Below, piece by piece: positions 27,970 to 39,703 of a DNA stretch of 64,000 bases. The stretch covers positions 34,534,001 to 34,598,000 of the forward strand of contig NC_086381.1 of assembly GCF_036588685.1 (NCBI RefSeq), given 5' to 3'. The stretch's first letter is position 1, and every line of letters starts with the position of its first letter. A program made the translations under genes and the position numbers. This stretch comes from Mytilus trossulus. Its lineage: Eukaryota. The notes under the pieces were generated by a model that did no database searches, had not been told where the DNA came from, and was given only the letters and a program-made list of their open reading frames with translations.

Positions 27970-30633
27970 CTAATGTATAAGATTTATTATAAGTTTTATT
28001 TCAGCTGCAAAATTTTCTTTTTTGGATGATAATGATTTGTCCATAGATTCAATTAAACTTCCCAGTTCCCGTTTTGCATATGCTATCAATTGGCTGGAAG
28101 TAAAACTTTTAGACTGATATTTGATTATATTCCTACATTTCCAAATAATCCATTTAACTGTATTCATAATCGTATTAGTTATGACATTGTACTTTTTTTT
28201 GTAATCGTACATTCCTAGCATGATAAGTTCTTCGCTCAATGGAATATATACTGTGTTATTTAGTACATTATATGTTTTAAGCGCATCAAAAATGTGTTCC
28301 CAAACAACCATTATAATGTTACAGTTGTGAAAAAGGTGTGTGAGAGTTTCGTTTTCTGTTTTACAAAAATGGCATTTGCCATTATTTGATTTGCCCATTC
28401 TAAATAGTTTTTGCTCCGTATAGATAATGTTATGAACAATTTTCCAGCTAATTTGATTTGCTTTCCTAGAGGACATACTTTTATTTAAATTTATCCAGAT
28501 CTTTTTCCACGGTAATTCCGAATTATACTGAATATTCCATTTTATTTGACAGTTTGGAACTATATCTAAATTTAACGAATATTGGATTAATTTCAAAGAT
28601 ATCTCACTTGGGATTACTACTTTATTCTGTTTATCGTAAAATTCAAATGTATTTTTAATATAATAACCATTTTTGGGGGGTTCTGGATCAACGTGGACGT
28701 TTTTTAGTCTGTCCTTGAACAATTTAGGAATAGCTAATTTCAGCCTTGCCCATTCCGAGATCCAGTTTCTCTTATCTTTAAGAGTATTGTATATAAAGTT
28801 GTCGCTTTTGATGTTTTTCGTTTCTTCATCCCAAATATCTTTTATTGTATGAATTCCACTTTTTCCGAAGTTAGGGAAAAAAATAGGTTTTTTATTGTAT
28901 TGAATTTTTATGTTTCCAAAAAGTTGTTGGTTTAGGATATCGTTTTTATTTATTGGACTTTGTATACTTAAAAATTTTGACCACGTTTTAATTAAATCAA
29001 GATAGTATTTTGGAAAATTTTCCATTTGCAATCCTCGTAAGTCCGAACACTTTGCTAAAAAATTATTACAATTATATTTGATATCAAACTTCTGTAGCCA
29101 CCATTTGGCTATTGTGTTCCAGTTATCGGTTTTTGATCTTAAAATCTTTTGCATACTTTTGATTTGTTTGGATTTAATGAACGAGTCTATATTGATCATA
29201 CCAATCCCCCCTTCTTCTAACGGTAAGCAACACACGTCCCTTTTAATTAAATTTACTTTCCCCTCCCATATAAAATTCCACATGACATTGTTTATTTCTT
29301 TTTTATATTTTTCAGGTATACCTCGCATTTCGATTTCGAACCCTATTTTAGAAATGATCAATGATTTTAATATTAAGACTCTGCCCTTCAATGTTAGGTC
29401 ACGAGATTTCCAAACCTCAAGACACGCCTTAATCTTCTTTATTTTTTCTAACCATATAGCTTCTATATCAACACTATATCCATGCATGACTCCCAATGCT
29501 TTAATTGGTTCGCTAGACCACCTAATTTTTTTATATTTTGGTGTTTTATTTTTCCAACGACCCAAATATACCCCTACAGTCTTTTCATAATTTATCTTAG
29601 CACCCGATGCTTTCTCGTATATTTCTAAAACCTTGAATGTTTCCTCTATTGATTCCTCTGTTCTATTAAAAAATTGTGTATCGTCTGCAAACATGTTAAT
29701 CTTAACCTCTTTCTTTTCATTTTCTATGTCAGGGTGGGGTAAATTTATTCCTTGAATTTTCGGATTAGCCCTAATTGTGGCTGCCATCGGCTCTGCTTGT
29801 AAAATGTAAAGCATCGGCGATATTGGACAGCCCTGACGGATTGATCTAGAAATTGGGACGTATCTTGATTGAAAACCGTTAGTCATTAAACAAGTTTTAG
29901 CATTTTTTAGTAACATTTTAACCCATTCCCGAAAATTTTCCCCAAATTGAAATTTTTCTAAACATGCATCTAACCATTCCCATTCTGCATAGTCAAAAGC
30001 TTTTGTTTGATCAAGAAAAAGGATTGATCCTTCCTCGTCTTCCATATCTATAAAATCGAAAATATCTTGCAGCATTCTATTAGAATCAAAAATATTTCTG
30101 CCCTTAACAAACCCTTTTTGATCTGTTTCTATAATTGATGGTAGAACTATTTTCAAACGTTCAGCCAGAATTTTTGAGCAAATTTTATAGTCTACATTTA
30201 ATAATGTTATAGGTCGCCAGTTTTTAATATCCTCCCTCTCCCCACTTTTATATAATAGGCTTATCATTCCAAGTCTCTGCGATTCGGAAAGTGTTTTATC
30301 AAAAAAGGTTTCTTTTAATATTTGCGTAAGCTCATCCTGTATCAAAAACCAATATTCCTGATAAAATTCTGCAGTTATGCCATCTTCCCCTGGTGATTTA
30401 TCCCTTTTCATTAATTTAATTGCTTTGAAAATTTCATCTTTTGTAATTTCACTATCACATAACCGTTTTTCTGCTTCAGATAGAGTTTTACTTACATTAT
30501 ATAGTAATTTTCCCCCAGCCTCTCTATTACAACCCCCCGAGGTAAAAAGTTTCTCATAATATTTTAATTGCTCGCCTAAGATTTCATTAATATTATTTTT
30601 GTATGTGCCATTTTCGGTTTTATTTTTGACCAT
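27970..30633 (-). CDS. LINE ORF2, reverse transcriptase and C-terminal zinc-binding part (after the frameshift)
   Basis: Motifs KSPGEDG, WRPITLLNVDYK, QKGF, DQTKAFD, RQGCPISP, FADD and INYEKT, plus C-terminal CHFC...ETLTHLFHNC. Confidence 0.97.
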   Translation of the reverse strand: MVKNKTENGTYKNNINEILGEQLKYYEKLFTSGGCNREAGGKLLYNVSKTLSEAEKRLCDSEITKDEIFKAIKLMKRDKSPGEDGITAEFYQEYWFLIQDELTQILKETFFDKTLSESQRLGMISLLYKSGEREDIKNWRPITLLNVDYKICSKILAERLKIVLPSIIETDQKGFVKGRNIFDSNRMLQDIFDFIDMEDEEGSILFLDQTKAFDYAEWEWLDACLEKFQFGENFREWVKMLLKNAKTCLMTNGFQSRYVPISRSIRQGCPISPMLYILQAEPMAATIRANPKIQGINLPHPDIENEKKEVKINMFADDTQFFNRTEESIEETFKVLEIYEKASGAKINYEKTVGVYLGRWKNKTPKYKKIRWSSEPIKALGVMHGYSVDIEAIWLEKIKKIKACLEVWKSRDLTLKGRVLILKSLIISKIGFEIEMRGIPEKYKKEINNVMWNFIWEGKVNLIKRDVCCLPLEEGGIGMINIDSFIKSKQIKSMQKILRSKTDNWNTIAKWWLQKFDIKYNCNNFLAKCSDLRGLQMENFPKYYLDLIKTWSKFLSIQSPINKNDILNQQLFGNIKIQYNKKPIFFPNFGKSGIHTIKDIWDEETKNIKSDNFIYNTLKDKRNWISEWARLKLAIPKLFKDRLKNVHVDPEPPKNGYYIKNTFEFYDKQNKVVIPSEISLKLIQYSLNLDIVPNCQIKWNIQYNSELPWKKIWINLNKSMSSRKANQISWKIVHNIIYTEQKLFRMGKSNNGKCHFCKTENETLTHLFHNCNIIMVVWEHIFDALKTYNVLNNTVYIPLSEELIMLGMYDYKKKYNVITNTIMNTVKWIIWKCRNIIKYQSKSFTSSQLIAYAKRELGSLIESMDKSLSSKKENFAAEIKLIINLIH

Positions 30634-31769
30634 AGTTTTTCTTTTCCTCGTTTTTGTTCTAATCTGAAAAAATAATTTGCGGATTTTTCACCTTTTTCAT
30701 ACCAATTTATTTTTGATCTTATGCGTGCTGCTTCTGCTTTTTGTTCGTAATATTTATATATATCTTTTTTTAGTTTTTCAACCTCATTCAGATTTTTTTG
30801 TGTTCCATCATTTTCTAACAGATTTTCTAATTTATCTTCCCAATTTTTAACTTCATTTTCATTTAATCTAAATTTCTTTGAAACCGTTATTGTTATGTCC
30901 TTTATTTTAGTTTTTGTTAAATCCCAGAACTCCTTTTTATCTTTAAAATTATTTATGTTAAGTTTCCAAGATTTCCAAAATGTTTCAAAAGTATTTTTGA
31001 AAAGGTCGGTTTTAATTATACTATTGTTCATTTTCCAGTAACCCGGGCCTCTTTCTGGTTCGACGATGTTCATAGTAATTGTTACGCCGTCGTGATCGCT
31101 GAAGGGAAAATAAACAATTTTTGCATTGTTTACTCTACAATCGATATTCTCACTGGTGAATATATAATCTATTCTCGAGTATGATTGACCCCTTGAAAAT
31201 GTATATTGTTTTTTGTTTGGATATCTGAGACGCCAAATGTCCGTCAATTCATTTTTTTCAATGAAATTTTTTAGTTCATAATTTCCCGCATCTTCACGTT
31301 TGGGCATATGTTTTCTATCTAATTTCCTATTTAGACAACAATTAAAATCTCCCATAACGTAATTCACAATATCATTTTCTTTATCTATTTTTAACTTATT
31401 AAAGAAATGTTTTCTTTCTATGCCATTATTAGGGGCGTAGACATTAAAAATTCTAATAGTTTCGTTCGAGTCTAATTTGAATTCAACTATTAATTTCCTT
31501 CCCTCTGCATCTTTATATTTTTCAGTAATGTTTATATCTAAATTTGGTTTCACTAAAATTGCTACCCCTTTGGAAACGGAAGTCCCGTTACACCAAAAAC
31601 TTAAACCTCCCCATTCTTTTTTCCATTCATTTTCAACAAATTTTGTGCAATGAGTTTCTTGCAAACATATAAAATCAAAATTCTTTTTTTGACACCATTG
31701 AAATAATGCATTTCGTTTTGACTTATCTCCCATACCGTTTGCGTTTAATGAAACTAAACGAATAGACAT
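30576..31769 (-). CDS. LINE ORF2, APE-type endonuclease part (before the frameshift)
   Basis: Motifs LNANG, LQETH, NVYAPN, GDFN, DIWR, SRIDY, SDH and PGYWKMN. It joins the RT frame if one A is added in the run at 30618-30621. Confidence 0.97.
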   Translation of the reverse strand: MSIRLVSLNANGMGDKSKRNALFQWCQKKNFDFICLQETHCTKFVENEWKKEWGGLSFWCNGTSVSKGVAILVKPNLDINITEKYKDAEGRKLIVEFKLDSNETIRIFNVYAPNNGIERKHFFNKLKIDKENDIVNYVMGDFNCCLNRKLDRKHMPKREDAGNYELKNFIEKNELTDIWRLRYPNKKQYTFSRGQSYSRIDYIFTSENIDCRVNNAKIVYFPFSDHDGVTITMNIVEPERGPGYWKMNNSIIKTDLFKNTFETFWKSWKLNINNFKDKKEFWDLTKTKIKDITITVSKKFRLNENEVKNWEDKLENLLENDGTQKNLNEVEKLKKDIYKYYEQKAEAARIRSKINWYEKGEKSANYFFRLEQKRGKEKLWSKIKPKMAHTKIILMKS

Positions 31770-32208
31770 ACTTTATGGGGAAAATATATATTTATATTAT
31801 TGTCTTCAAAATTCTGAATATTTAGTTTGCTATACAGTTCACCGACTTCATTTATGTTATACAACATAATAAAAGTCCAACCTATATTCAATATATTTAC
31901 AATAAATGAATTTGCATGTACACTTGCAATGCATTTTTTTTTAGAGTTATCTCCCATACCATATATTTCATATATAATTATTATCTGCCTACTTATTTCA
32001 CCAACAAATACACATATTTGTATCACTAACATAATACAGTTCAAAAATTTTCCAAAATATTTACAATAAATGCAAGATTTTGCATACACAATAATAGCAT
32101 GTATTTTTTGTAAGTTTTTCATTATATGATAAAAATTTATAATAATATATTATATACATTTTACACAAAGTTCTCCATAAGCTCGTTTAAGGAATATGCC
32201 GGGATAAT

Positions 32209-33384
32209 TTACTTAGAAACAGTTTCTTCCAAAGAAGAGTTTTGTCTTTTGGATTGCTGTTTCTCGCCTGATCCTGGTGTTGAAGCTGAACTTCGAGTTC
32301 TCTTTTTACCACATGGTGTTTGGTATTCGCCTAATCTGTCTATACTCATAAAGTTCTTGACAAGAGAAACCAGCTGTTTTGCTCCTTCTGGATTGATATG
32401 TACCCCGGATGGGTCATTTTTATCAAACAATGTTTTAATGGGGTTGACACCCATGCCTGGTCGACAAAAATCATCCCAAAGATCGATAAAAGATAGCCTT
32501 TGGTCTTTTGAACATACCTTTTCCATATACAAATTAACAGAATGAGATGTTAAATTACATTTTGTTAAAGTTTGACCTTTGCCCTTTCTTGGCAGTATAC
32601 TGAATATGCATATATCCGCATTTGGAAACTCTGCTTTAACTTTATTTATAGCATTTGTCATATTAACACAAATCATTTCTTTATCTGTCATGTTTCTTGT
32701 GACGTCGTTTGTACCCAAACAAAAGATGACCTTCGACACATAATTTTTATCAACACTTTTGTCCAGTGTGACTAAAAGTTTGTCAATGTCTTCTGCTGTA
32801 CTACCAGAAACAGATGCATTGTGTATTCTGTTGTCAGATATCTTGAGACGGCAACAGTTTGATGCACCTAAAATGATTGTAATAGGGGGTAATGGTAAAC
32901 AGTTGTCTTCGTTTTCAGGAACAGATTGTTCATAATTCGAGTGTTTGGTGGTATCGTTGTCAATGTAGACATTCAATTCCTCGATCTGATCTTGTTCCGT
33001 AGTTTCTCGTCCCTCCCTAATTTCATGAACATAGTCCCCGTATTCATTATCTTCGGTTATTTTCTCATTTTGCTCGTCTTTTCTAACGGTTTGTTTATTT
33101 CGATTGCAATTTCGTTTGATATGACCTTCTTGACCGCATTCGAAACATACGTTATCTGTGTGCGGACAGTCTCGAATAATATGGTCGTGGCTACTGCAAC
33201 GAAAACAGTATCGCTGTCTTTCTTGTCTTTGTGGTTTCATATCACAACGGTATGAAGGGTGGTCCGTTCGACTACAGTATCGACATTGGGTTCTATTGTT
33301 GTCAGCGAAAAGTCGGATTTCAAATCTTCCGAGTTTGGTGATATTGGGGATGGTTGGGACACAATTTATCAGCTGAATATACCG
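32209..33384 (-). CDS. LINE ORF1 (5'-truncated): three CCHC zinc knuckles plus an SGNH/GDSL hydrolase-like domain
   Basis: The frame is open upstream of the ATG at 33240 to the truncation point: RYIQLINCVPTIPNITKLGRFEIRLFADNNRTQ-CRYCSRTDHPSYRC...CFRCSSHDHIIRDC...CFECGQEGHIKRNC. It continues with ILGASN, VSG, LGTNDV, SILPR, FIDLW and DPSGVHINPEG. Confidence 0.9.
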   Translation of the reverse strand, partial: RYIQLINCVPTIPNITKLGRFEIRLFADNNRTQCRYCSRTDHPSYRCDMKPQRQERQRYCFRCSSHDHIIRDCPHTDNVCFECGQEGHIKRNCNRNKQTVRKDEQNEKITEDNEYGDYVHEIREGRETTEQDQIEELNVYIDNDTTKHSNYEQSVPENEDNCLPLPPITIILGASNCCRLKISDNRIHNASVSGSTAEDIDKLLVTLDKSVDKNYVSKVIFCLGTNDVTRNMTDKEMICVNMTNAINKVKAEFPNADICIFSILPRKGKGQTLTKCNLTSHSVNLYMEKVCSKDQRLSFIDLWDDFCRPGMGVNPIKTLFDKNDPSGVHINPEGAKQLVSLVKNFMSIDRLGEYQTPCGKKRTRSSASTPGSGEKQQSKRQNSSLEETVSK

Positions 33385-33759
33385 CGTTTGAAAACATTAC
33401 CGTTTTCTTTGACTTTGCTGACACGTAGACCAGAATTGTTAATCCTATACATGAGCCATCTAATTGAATTCGGGTTTTGCAAAAGTTGTTGCTTTATATA
33501 TGAATTTAATTTCACACAAATGAATTCATGAATTCTTCTTATCATGAATTTATCGTAAATAATCAGATTGGAAAGTCATTTGATAAAAACTGCATGCCTC
33601 TATGATATTTAATAAGAACAATATTAGCTATGTGTGGGACTAATCACTGAAGGCATTCATTAGAGAACAGATCGAAGACTGAGATTTCGTATCACAAAAA
33701 GGATTATCTGTTTAAAATGAAGTTTGTTAAGTTTTTACAAATTGTTAATTTAGAAATAC

Positions 33760-34024
33760 AACAGGTTTGAAGTTTTATCATTAGGTCTGCATTTTCGAAA
33801 TTTTTGCGTCCGAACTTCGAGATATCGGAGTCATTTTACTTAAATTCTATATCGACGGAACGATATAATATACTCGACTTACGTAGTATTTGATTTAATC
33901 AAGTTTGACTCTTCAACGATATTTATGCTTTGATTAAACGGGAATTTGACTGGGACCTGTTTATTATTTCGACTCATCCGAGTTTTCGACACGACCGAGT
34001 TTGACACAACGAGGCTCGACTGTA
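33760..34024. mobile_element. Tc1/mariner-pogo-type MITE remnant
   Basis: The right end CGAGGCTCGACTG|TA is a CAGTCGA-type TIR with TA. Internal TCGA-rich motifs are present. The left TIR is not recognisable. Confidence 0.45.
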
Positions 34025-34269
34025 CTTATAATTCTCGCAGCGTTGAATGCTTCATTAATTTCAAAACGTGGTTCAATATGAAAATAAAAGTATTGAATTC
34101 GACAGATTACATTATCAATTGACAAACTGCTGCTCGTAAATTCAGTTTATTTGCGTCGCATTAGTTCAGCTACTGACCGGATATTTGAAAACATTTCATA
34201 CAAAAATGATGACATATTTGAACAAACGGTACATTAATCACAATTATAATGCAACAGAGAATAACCTCC

Positions 34270-34970
34270 CAATAACAATTACATTCAAACATCAATTGCA
34301 TGACATTACCCTTTCGCCAAAAATACAGACACACGATAGAAATTAACGGTATAAACAGTGTCTCATAGTAATTTGAAAGTTTTAAAGACATTTTTTAGTC
34401 ATACGATATATGTTGTTTTCAATTTGAATATAACTTAACCCACTGTGCATATGTGTGATTATTTCATAGTCTGCCACGCAAATTGATTGAAAATATTCCC
34501 GTATTCTTTGGCTTTGCTGATACGTAGATTTGAATTTATTTAACTCTTATATTATCTATCAAGTTTTACTCGGGTTTTTCCAAAGCTTTTGCCAAATACA
34601 TGTATATATAAATTAAATTTTCCACAAATGACTTTATGAATTCTTCTCATCATGAACTTTTCGTAAACAATTATATAAGAAAGTCATTTGATAAAAAGCC
34701 TGTGGTTCAAAATGTTTGAAATCATATTTACAAAAAAATACATTACTGATATTGTGGAACCAAGTAGCGAAAATAAATACATTACAAAATAGATTGAAAA
34801 TGAATTCATTAGAAAAGAGATTGAAAACTCAGATTTCAATTTCGGAAATGATTAACAGTTTCAAATGAAGTTTGTTTAATATCTACAAGTTATCATAATT
34901 CGTTATCATCACTGGGTAAAATTTATGATCGAAATTGGGCTATTAGTTTTGACTTTAGAAACATTAACAG
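34270..34970 (-). pseudogene. Partial 5' (LRR) duplicate of the TLR-like gene
   Basis: Matches ~20880-21390 and 33399-33745. The minus frame reads DFKHFEPQAFYQMTFLYN, which is LRR-like. Confidence 0.5.
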
Positions 34971-37509
34971 AATGAGTGTAAAAAAGACCGATAGGAAGTG
35001 GGATTAGATCGTTACAAATTTCAAAAAATAAAAAAAAATATTGTAAATAAGAAAATACTGTTCGTTGTGAGACAATGCTCCGTGTTGAAGACCATACGTG
35101 TTATAATGATTTACTTTTACAAATTGTGACTGGAGAGTTGTAGACGTATTTGGCACAATCTTTTGGAATTTGTCTGGCGTATCAAATTAAAAATTTAAGC
35201 CTAGTACCTTTCATAACTATTTTCTCATTGGTACCCACACCACATGTTTTTATATCAATTATATAATTATACATTATCAAACACAAAATACAAAAGTTGT
35301 ATTATATTATTTCATCATTTGAATATAAAATCGAAATATGTTCTGTGGAAAAGTTCACAACCGATCATTATTTGAAAACCGTCAACATTAAGATCCTTAT
35401 CAGATTTCTTTATTAATGAATTAAAACTCGTAAATAAACCAGACGAATTTTATTCTTATACAGAACGGGGAACATATATAAGTTTTAAAGTCAGAAGCTT
35501 AACTTAATTTATAATATAAAACTGTATGGAGTTTTAATAGTTTAAATAAGTCAGCAATGATTTGTTTAAATTTAATCACATTTTTGTAGCATATAAATAA
35601 ATATATTTTTTTATTCAACAAAGCCAAACACAAATATCTTTCTAAATCTTAAACTAAATGAATCAAGGGGATAAGTTTCAGTCATAAAACCATAACTAAG
35701 AGATGATAAGAATTCGGTGAACACCTAACCAACCATGTTAACAATGAGAACAGAAAATGAACAACAACTGATCTCATCTGTGATGATCAAACATCGGAAG
35801 ATTAATTATATCACAGGTTATTATTATAAATTGGAAGGAAATTGAATAACACATTTAGTAAATATCAAATAAAAATCATCAGTGGGCCATCAGTGCTTCC
35901 TTTGTCGAAACATCTGAACGGCTTCCTACTTGGTGGCATATCAACAGTAGGCTCTTGCAAAGTGTTGTAGAAACTGACGTTGTCTATTACGGCATTATAA
36001 AATATTTAGACGTGTGAATGACAACAATCAAACTTTGTCAATGAAAGAAAATTAAAACATGAAAGATGCAAATACTGGCACCAAGATGACATATATAATA
36101 AAACATAGGTAATTCGCATTTATATTTACAGTTTTGCATGATTGACCTTGGGTAATGATACTGACATAATTGAAATATTTGAGGAGATATTTGTAAGTGC
36201 ATGCTCAAAAGTATAAACCGGTTGTAACAATCAATCGCCTATTGCTCTACTGGGATCGTGCAAAAAAAGTCTAACTGGGAAACAGTATATATACGTCTTG
36301 GCTTCTCAGATTATCAGTCCTCGATGTAAGGTATATTTGTTTCTTTGTCTTGTACAGATTTCCCATTGACTTTCGGTAAAGATAGAAATGAAAGGCAGGC
36401 GATACAGTTTTGATCCAACGATGATTTTTTTCACCAAAAAGGTGCAAACAAACTTATTTCCACTATATCAATTCAAATATTTAATAAAATCTTTATATAC
36501 CTTTAATCGCTAAATAAAGCGTTAGTGTTGGTCAAAATTTAAGACATTTACTTGGTTTCTTTCACTTCCCTATCCTTTAGAAAAAAGTAAAATCACAAAA
36601 GTACTGGACTCCGAGGAAAAATTTAAATGGGAAAATCCCCAATCAAATAACAAATCAAAGGATAAAACAACTGTCATTTAATTACTTTTGTGTTTCAAAA
36701 GATACGCACATGCAACTTGTTATGTAAAAAACAAAAAAATTGAAATATATGTTTTACAAAAGCCTACTCTAAATTTGTGCAACAAGCTGAAAAAAAAATC
36801 AGGTTGTTATATAGTATTGTTATATAATTAAGAAAAACCGAAACAAGTTTTACCTTAAAACACATACATATATAACGATAAATCGGGTATTAACTTTCTA
36901 TCCTATTGTTTTTGTAAAATATGAGCGATAAAGCTAAGTTTTCATAAAATTTATTCAATGCGCCTAACCGACAAAAGCAAAAGCGTCATCTTATGACTCT
37001 CAACTCATATTTTACGCCGTCATTGAACAGAAAACATTTGGTACATCCCACAACTTTGTCATCCTAAAATGTAGTTTTTAAAGTAACGTGAAATGATATA
37101 ATAAAACAATTACCTTCCTTTATAACAAAACAATAACACTTACTTTCCTCATACGTCATCAAAATAATATTTTTACATTTTTTCATAAGCAAATCTGAGA
37201 ACATTCTTGAATAAGATACAAATTTAGAAGCATGATTATGACTAAAGATATAAATCGTCAATAAAAAATCGGAAATTGACGTCATGTTACTACTTCTTCC
37301 AATTAAAACATCAAAAAGGTTTAATAGTTCTGCTTTAAACATAACATAATTTCCTTTATAAAGTTAATATTTCAAAGACTCGCACTATGGCAAAGAAATC
37401 AAGACGCATTTTGTATATGAGCAATAAAAAACATGACATATTGATTTACCAACACTTTTTTTCGTAGTAACTACAATATTTTTAAATGGAAACATCCATG
37501 TTTTGTTCA

Positions 37510-37750
37510 TACATCGTTGACAATGTAATGGAATTTGATGCGACTGTCATACAAGTGAGAGGTTTAGCTAGCTATAAAACCAGGTTCATTCCACCATTTT
37601 CTACATTAGAAAATGCCTGTACCAAGTCAGGAATATGACAGTTGTTATCCATTCGTTTGATGTGTTTGGACTTTGATTTTGCCTTTTGATTTTTGATTTT
37701 CCTTTTTGAATTTTCCTCGGAGTTCAGTATTTTTGTGTTTTTACTTTTTA
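37510..37750 (+). repeat. Short interspersed repeat with the CCTGTACCAAGTCAGGA core
   Basis: A second copy lies at ~42460-42675 and a minus-strand fragment at ~36585-36680. Confidence 0.75.
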
Positions 37751-39164
37751 CTAGTTTATAAGATAAAGATAAAAAAAAAATGATTTAGAAGCTTAGTAAT
37801 ACATCTCGCATGTCTTGGTTGGAAATACAATCGAAGTGAAAAGACATGGCAAACAGTTTCTAAACCGTGGCAAAACTTCTGTACCACACGGAGTCTAGAC
37901 TTTTTAACATTATGAAATATCTACAGGAAAAACCGAAAGTTTCAGAGGTTGGATGATATAATAGTTCTTAGTTGCTTACGCAAAAAAAAAAAGAAAATTT
38001 GAAAATTATTTAAAATTTAAAAAATAAAATAGAGATTTGGACATTTGAAAATTAAAATTGAGATGTTAACATTGAATTATAAAAAAAAACCCAACACAAT
38101 GTTAAAATTCTGTTTGAGGTCTAATTCTTCGTCAATCTTTAAAATTTGACATCTGCATTGGACTAATTCTATAAGTTTGGTTACATTTCCGAAGAGGATA
38201 ACCAGTCAAAAAAGTATACAGTCACTATTTTTCGTAACACGAGATGAGATAAATTTAAATTTCTTTTTGAAATTAGGAGTCATGAACCTAAAACCGTTAT
38301 CCGAAAATTTTAATATTATTTGTAGCATTTGCATTTCGGAACACTTGTTGTCAGAAATAGGAAATTCTTTTTTTTAATAAAAAATGTTAACTACCCCATA
38401 CACTTTTTAATTATATATCATGAAATCATTTCAGTATAAGTTTACTGACAAATTAATCGATTGAAAATGCCAAAAACTGATGAAAAAAAATCATATAGAA
38501 ATAAGGCTACTAACATGAGGAATTCATAAATGAATCTTGAAACGAAATTAGGAAGAGAAAACCTCCATGGATCTAAACAACCCTTGTGGAGGTCTTTTAA
38601 TGTCTACATTAACTTATTAGGTTTCACTTTCACATAAAATTTAATAGTGATTAAAAAAAACAAAAATGTGTCGTTGTGCAAGGTAATTATAACATGCGTC
38701 TTTTTTCTAAATCAGGACAATGTTAGTTTATTTTTCATCAATCGTGTAATATAAAGAAAACTAATGTGTCTGTAGAAATGTCATAATCCAGACAAAATAA
38801 TATACATAACTATTATGGTAAAATAATGATGTTGTTTAGTCCAATCTTATTTGACCGAATTTTTTTTCATATGCTTTTGATAATGAGTTCATTTTTCAGA
38901 TAAAAACACTCAATGTACAGACGAGTCTGGGATATAGCCAACCTTGATTAACGATAAACTTTACAATTTCTTTCTTGTTTAGAACAAGAAAACAAAAACA
39001 TTTGATATATGGTTCATGCTGAGAAATAGTTGTGTTCTGATTTTAAATGTAACTGTTGATATATGTATTTGTTTGGAATTATTTTAGAAAACATAGTGTA
39101 GATAATTGTCTGATGACTGTTTGTTTCCCTTGCTGAGATTTTCTTATACTTTTGTACACTAACA

Positions 39165-39703
39165 GCACCTGCATACGGGGTATATATCTCCCAATTGATA
39201 CGATATTCCGATGATTGTATTACCTATCATGATTTTCTTGAAAGAGGGTTGCTGCTCAAACGGAAGCTATGAAACCAAGAGTTCCAAGTGGTGAAGTTGA
39301 ACTCATTCCTTCGTAAATTTTACAGACGCCATCACGAGTTGGTTGACTATAATGGAAAAACTGTTTCACAGATGATATCAAAGATGTTCCTTACGTCGTA
39401 ACTATAATCTCTTCCCTTTTATGCATGTGACCTACCGAATTAGACTATTTACCAGATTTGTTATAACATGAGCAACACGACGGGTACCATATGTGGAGCA
39501 AGATCTGCTTACCCTTCCGGGGTACCTGATATCACTCCTAGTTTTTGGTGGGGTTCGTGTTGCTTATTTAATTTTCTATGTTGTGTCGTCATGTGTATTA
39601 TTGTTTGTCTGTTTGTATTGTTCAATTTTAGTCATGGCGTTGTACGTTCATTTTCGATTTATGAGTTTGACTGTCCCTCTTGTATCTTTTGTCCCTCTTT
39701 TAC
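39165..39703 (+). mobile_element. Penelope-like retroelement 3' fragment (RT thumb end plus 3' region)
   Basis: 39165-39401 translates to APAYGVYISQLIRYSDDCITYHDFLERGLLLKRKL*NQEFQVVKLNSFLRKFYRRHHELVDY...VSQMI...*. This is the AYGVYISQLIRY thumb motif of Penelope-like RTs. Confidence 0.85.

Larger units (their letters stand above)
27480..33385 (-). mobile_element. L1/Tx1-clade non-LTR retrotransposon, 5'-truncated, recent
   Basis: Poly(A) tail appears as a T-run ending at 27494, with AATAAA on the minus strand at 27509-27514. The 13-bp TSD GTTTGAAAACATT lies at 27467-27479 and 33386-33398. ORF1 and ORF2 are both present. Empty-site paralogs are at ~21035-21075 and ~34480-34530. Confidence 0.97.
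24830..33745 (-). pseudogene. Degraded TLR-like gene, copy 2, split by the LINE (parts 24830-27479 and 33386-33745)
   Basis: Colinear with copies 1 and 3. Fragments include IDIIPGNVF, TCRDYIT...TWNECK, NEFTIRTYILKYLQKII, and TIR-like VLYHD..HEWFL and KSKHTILI. Confidence 0.55.

Noticed and set aside
29078-29590. 170-aa plus-strand ORF, and other plus-strand ORFs within 30377-33531
   Set aside because: These are antisense shadows of the LINE ORFs with no recognisable motifs.
39270-39272. In-frame TGA in the Penelope-like fragment as possible selenocysteine
   Set aside because: It falls at a position expected to be Leu (RKLLNQ) in a decayed copy; a simple nonsense mutation is more likely.
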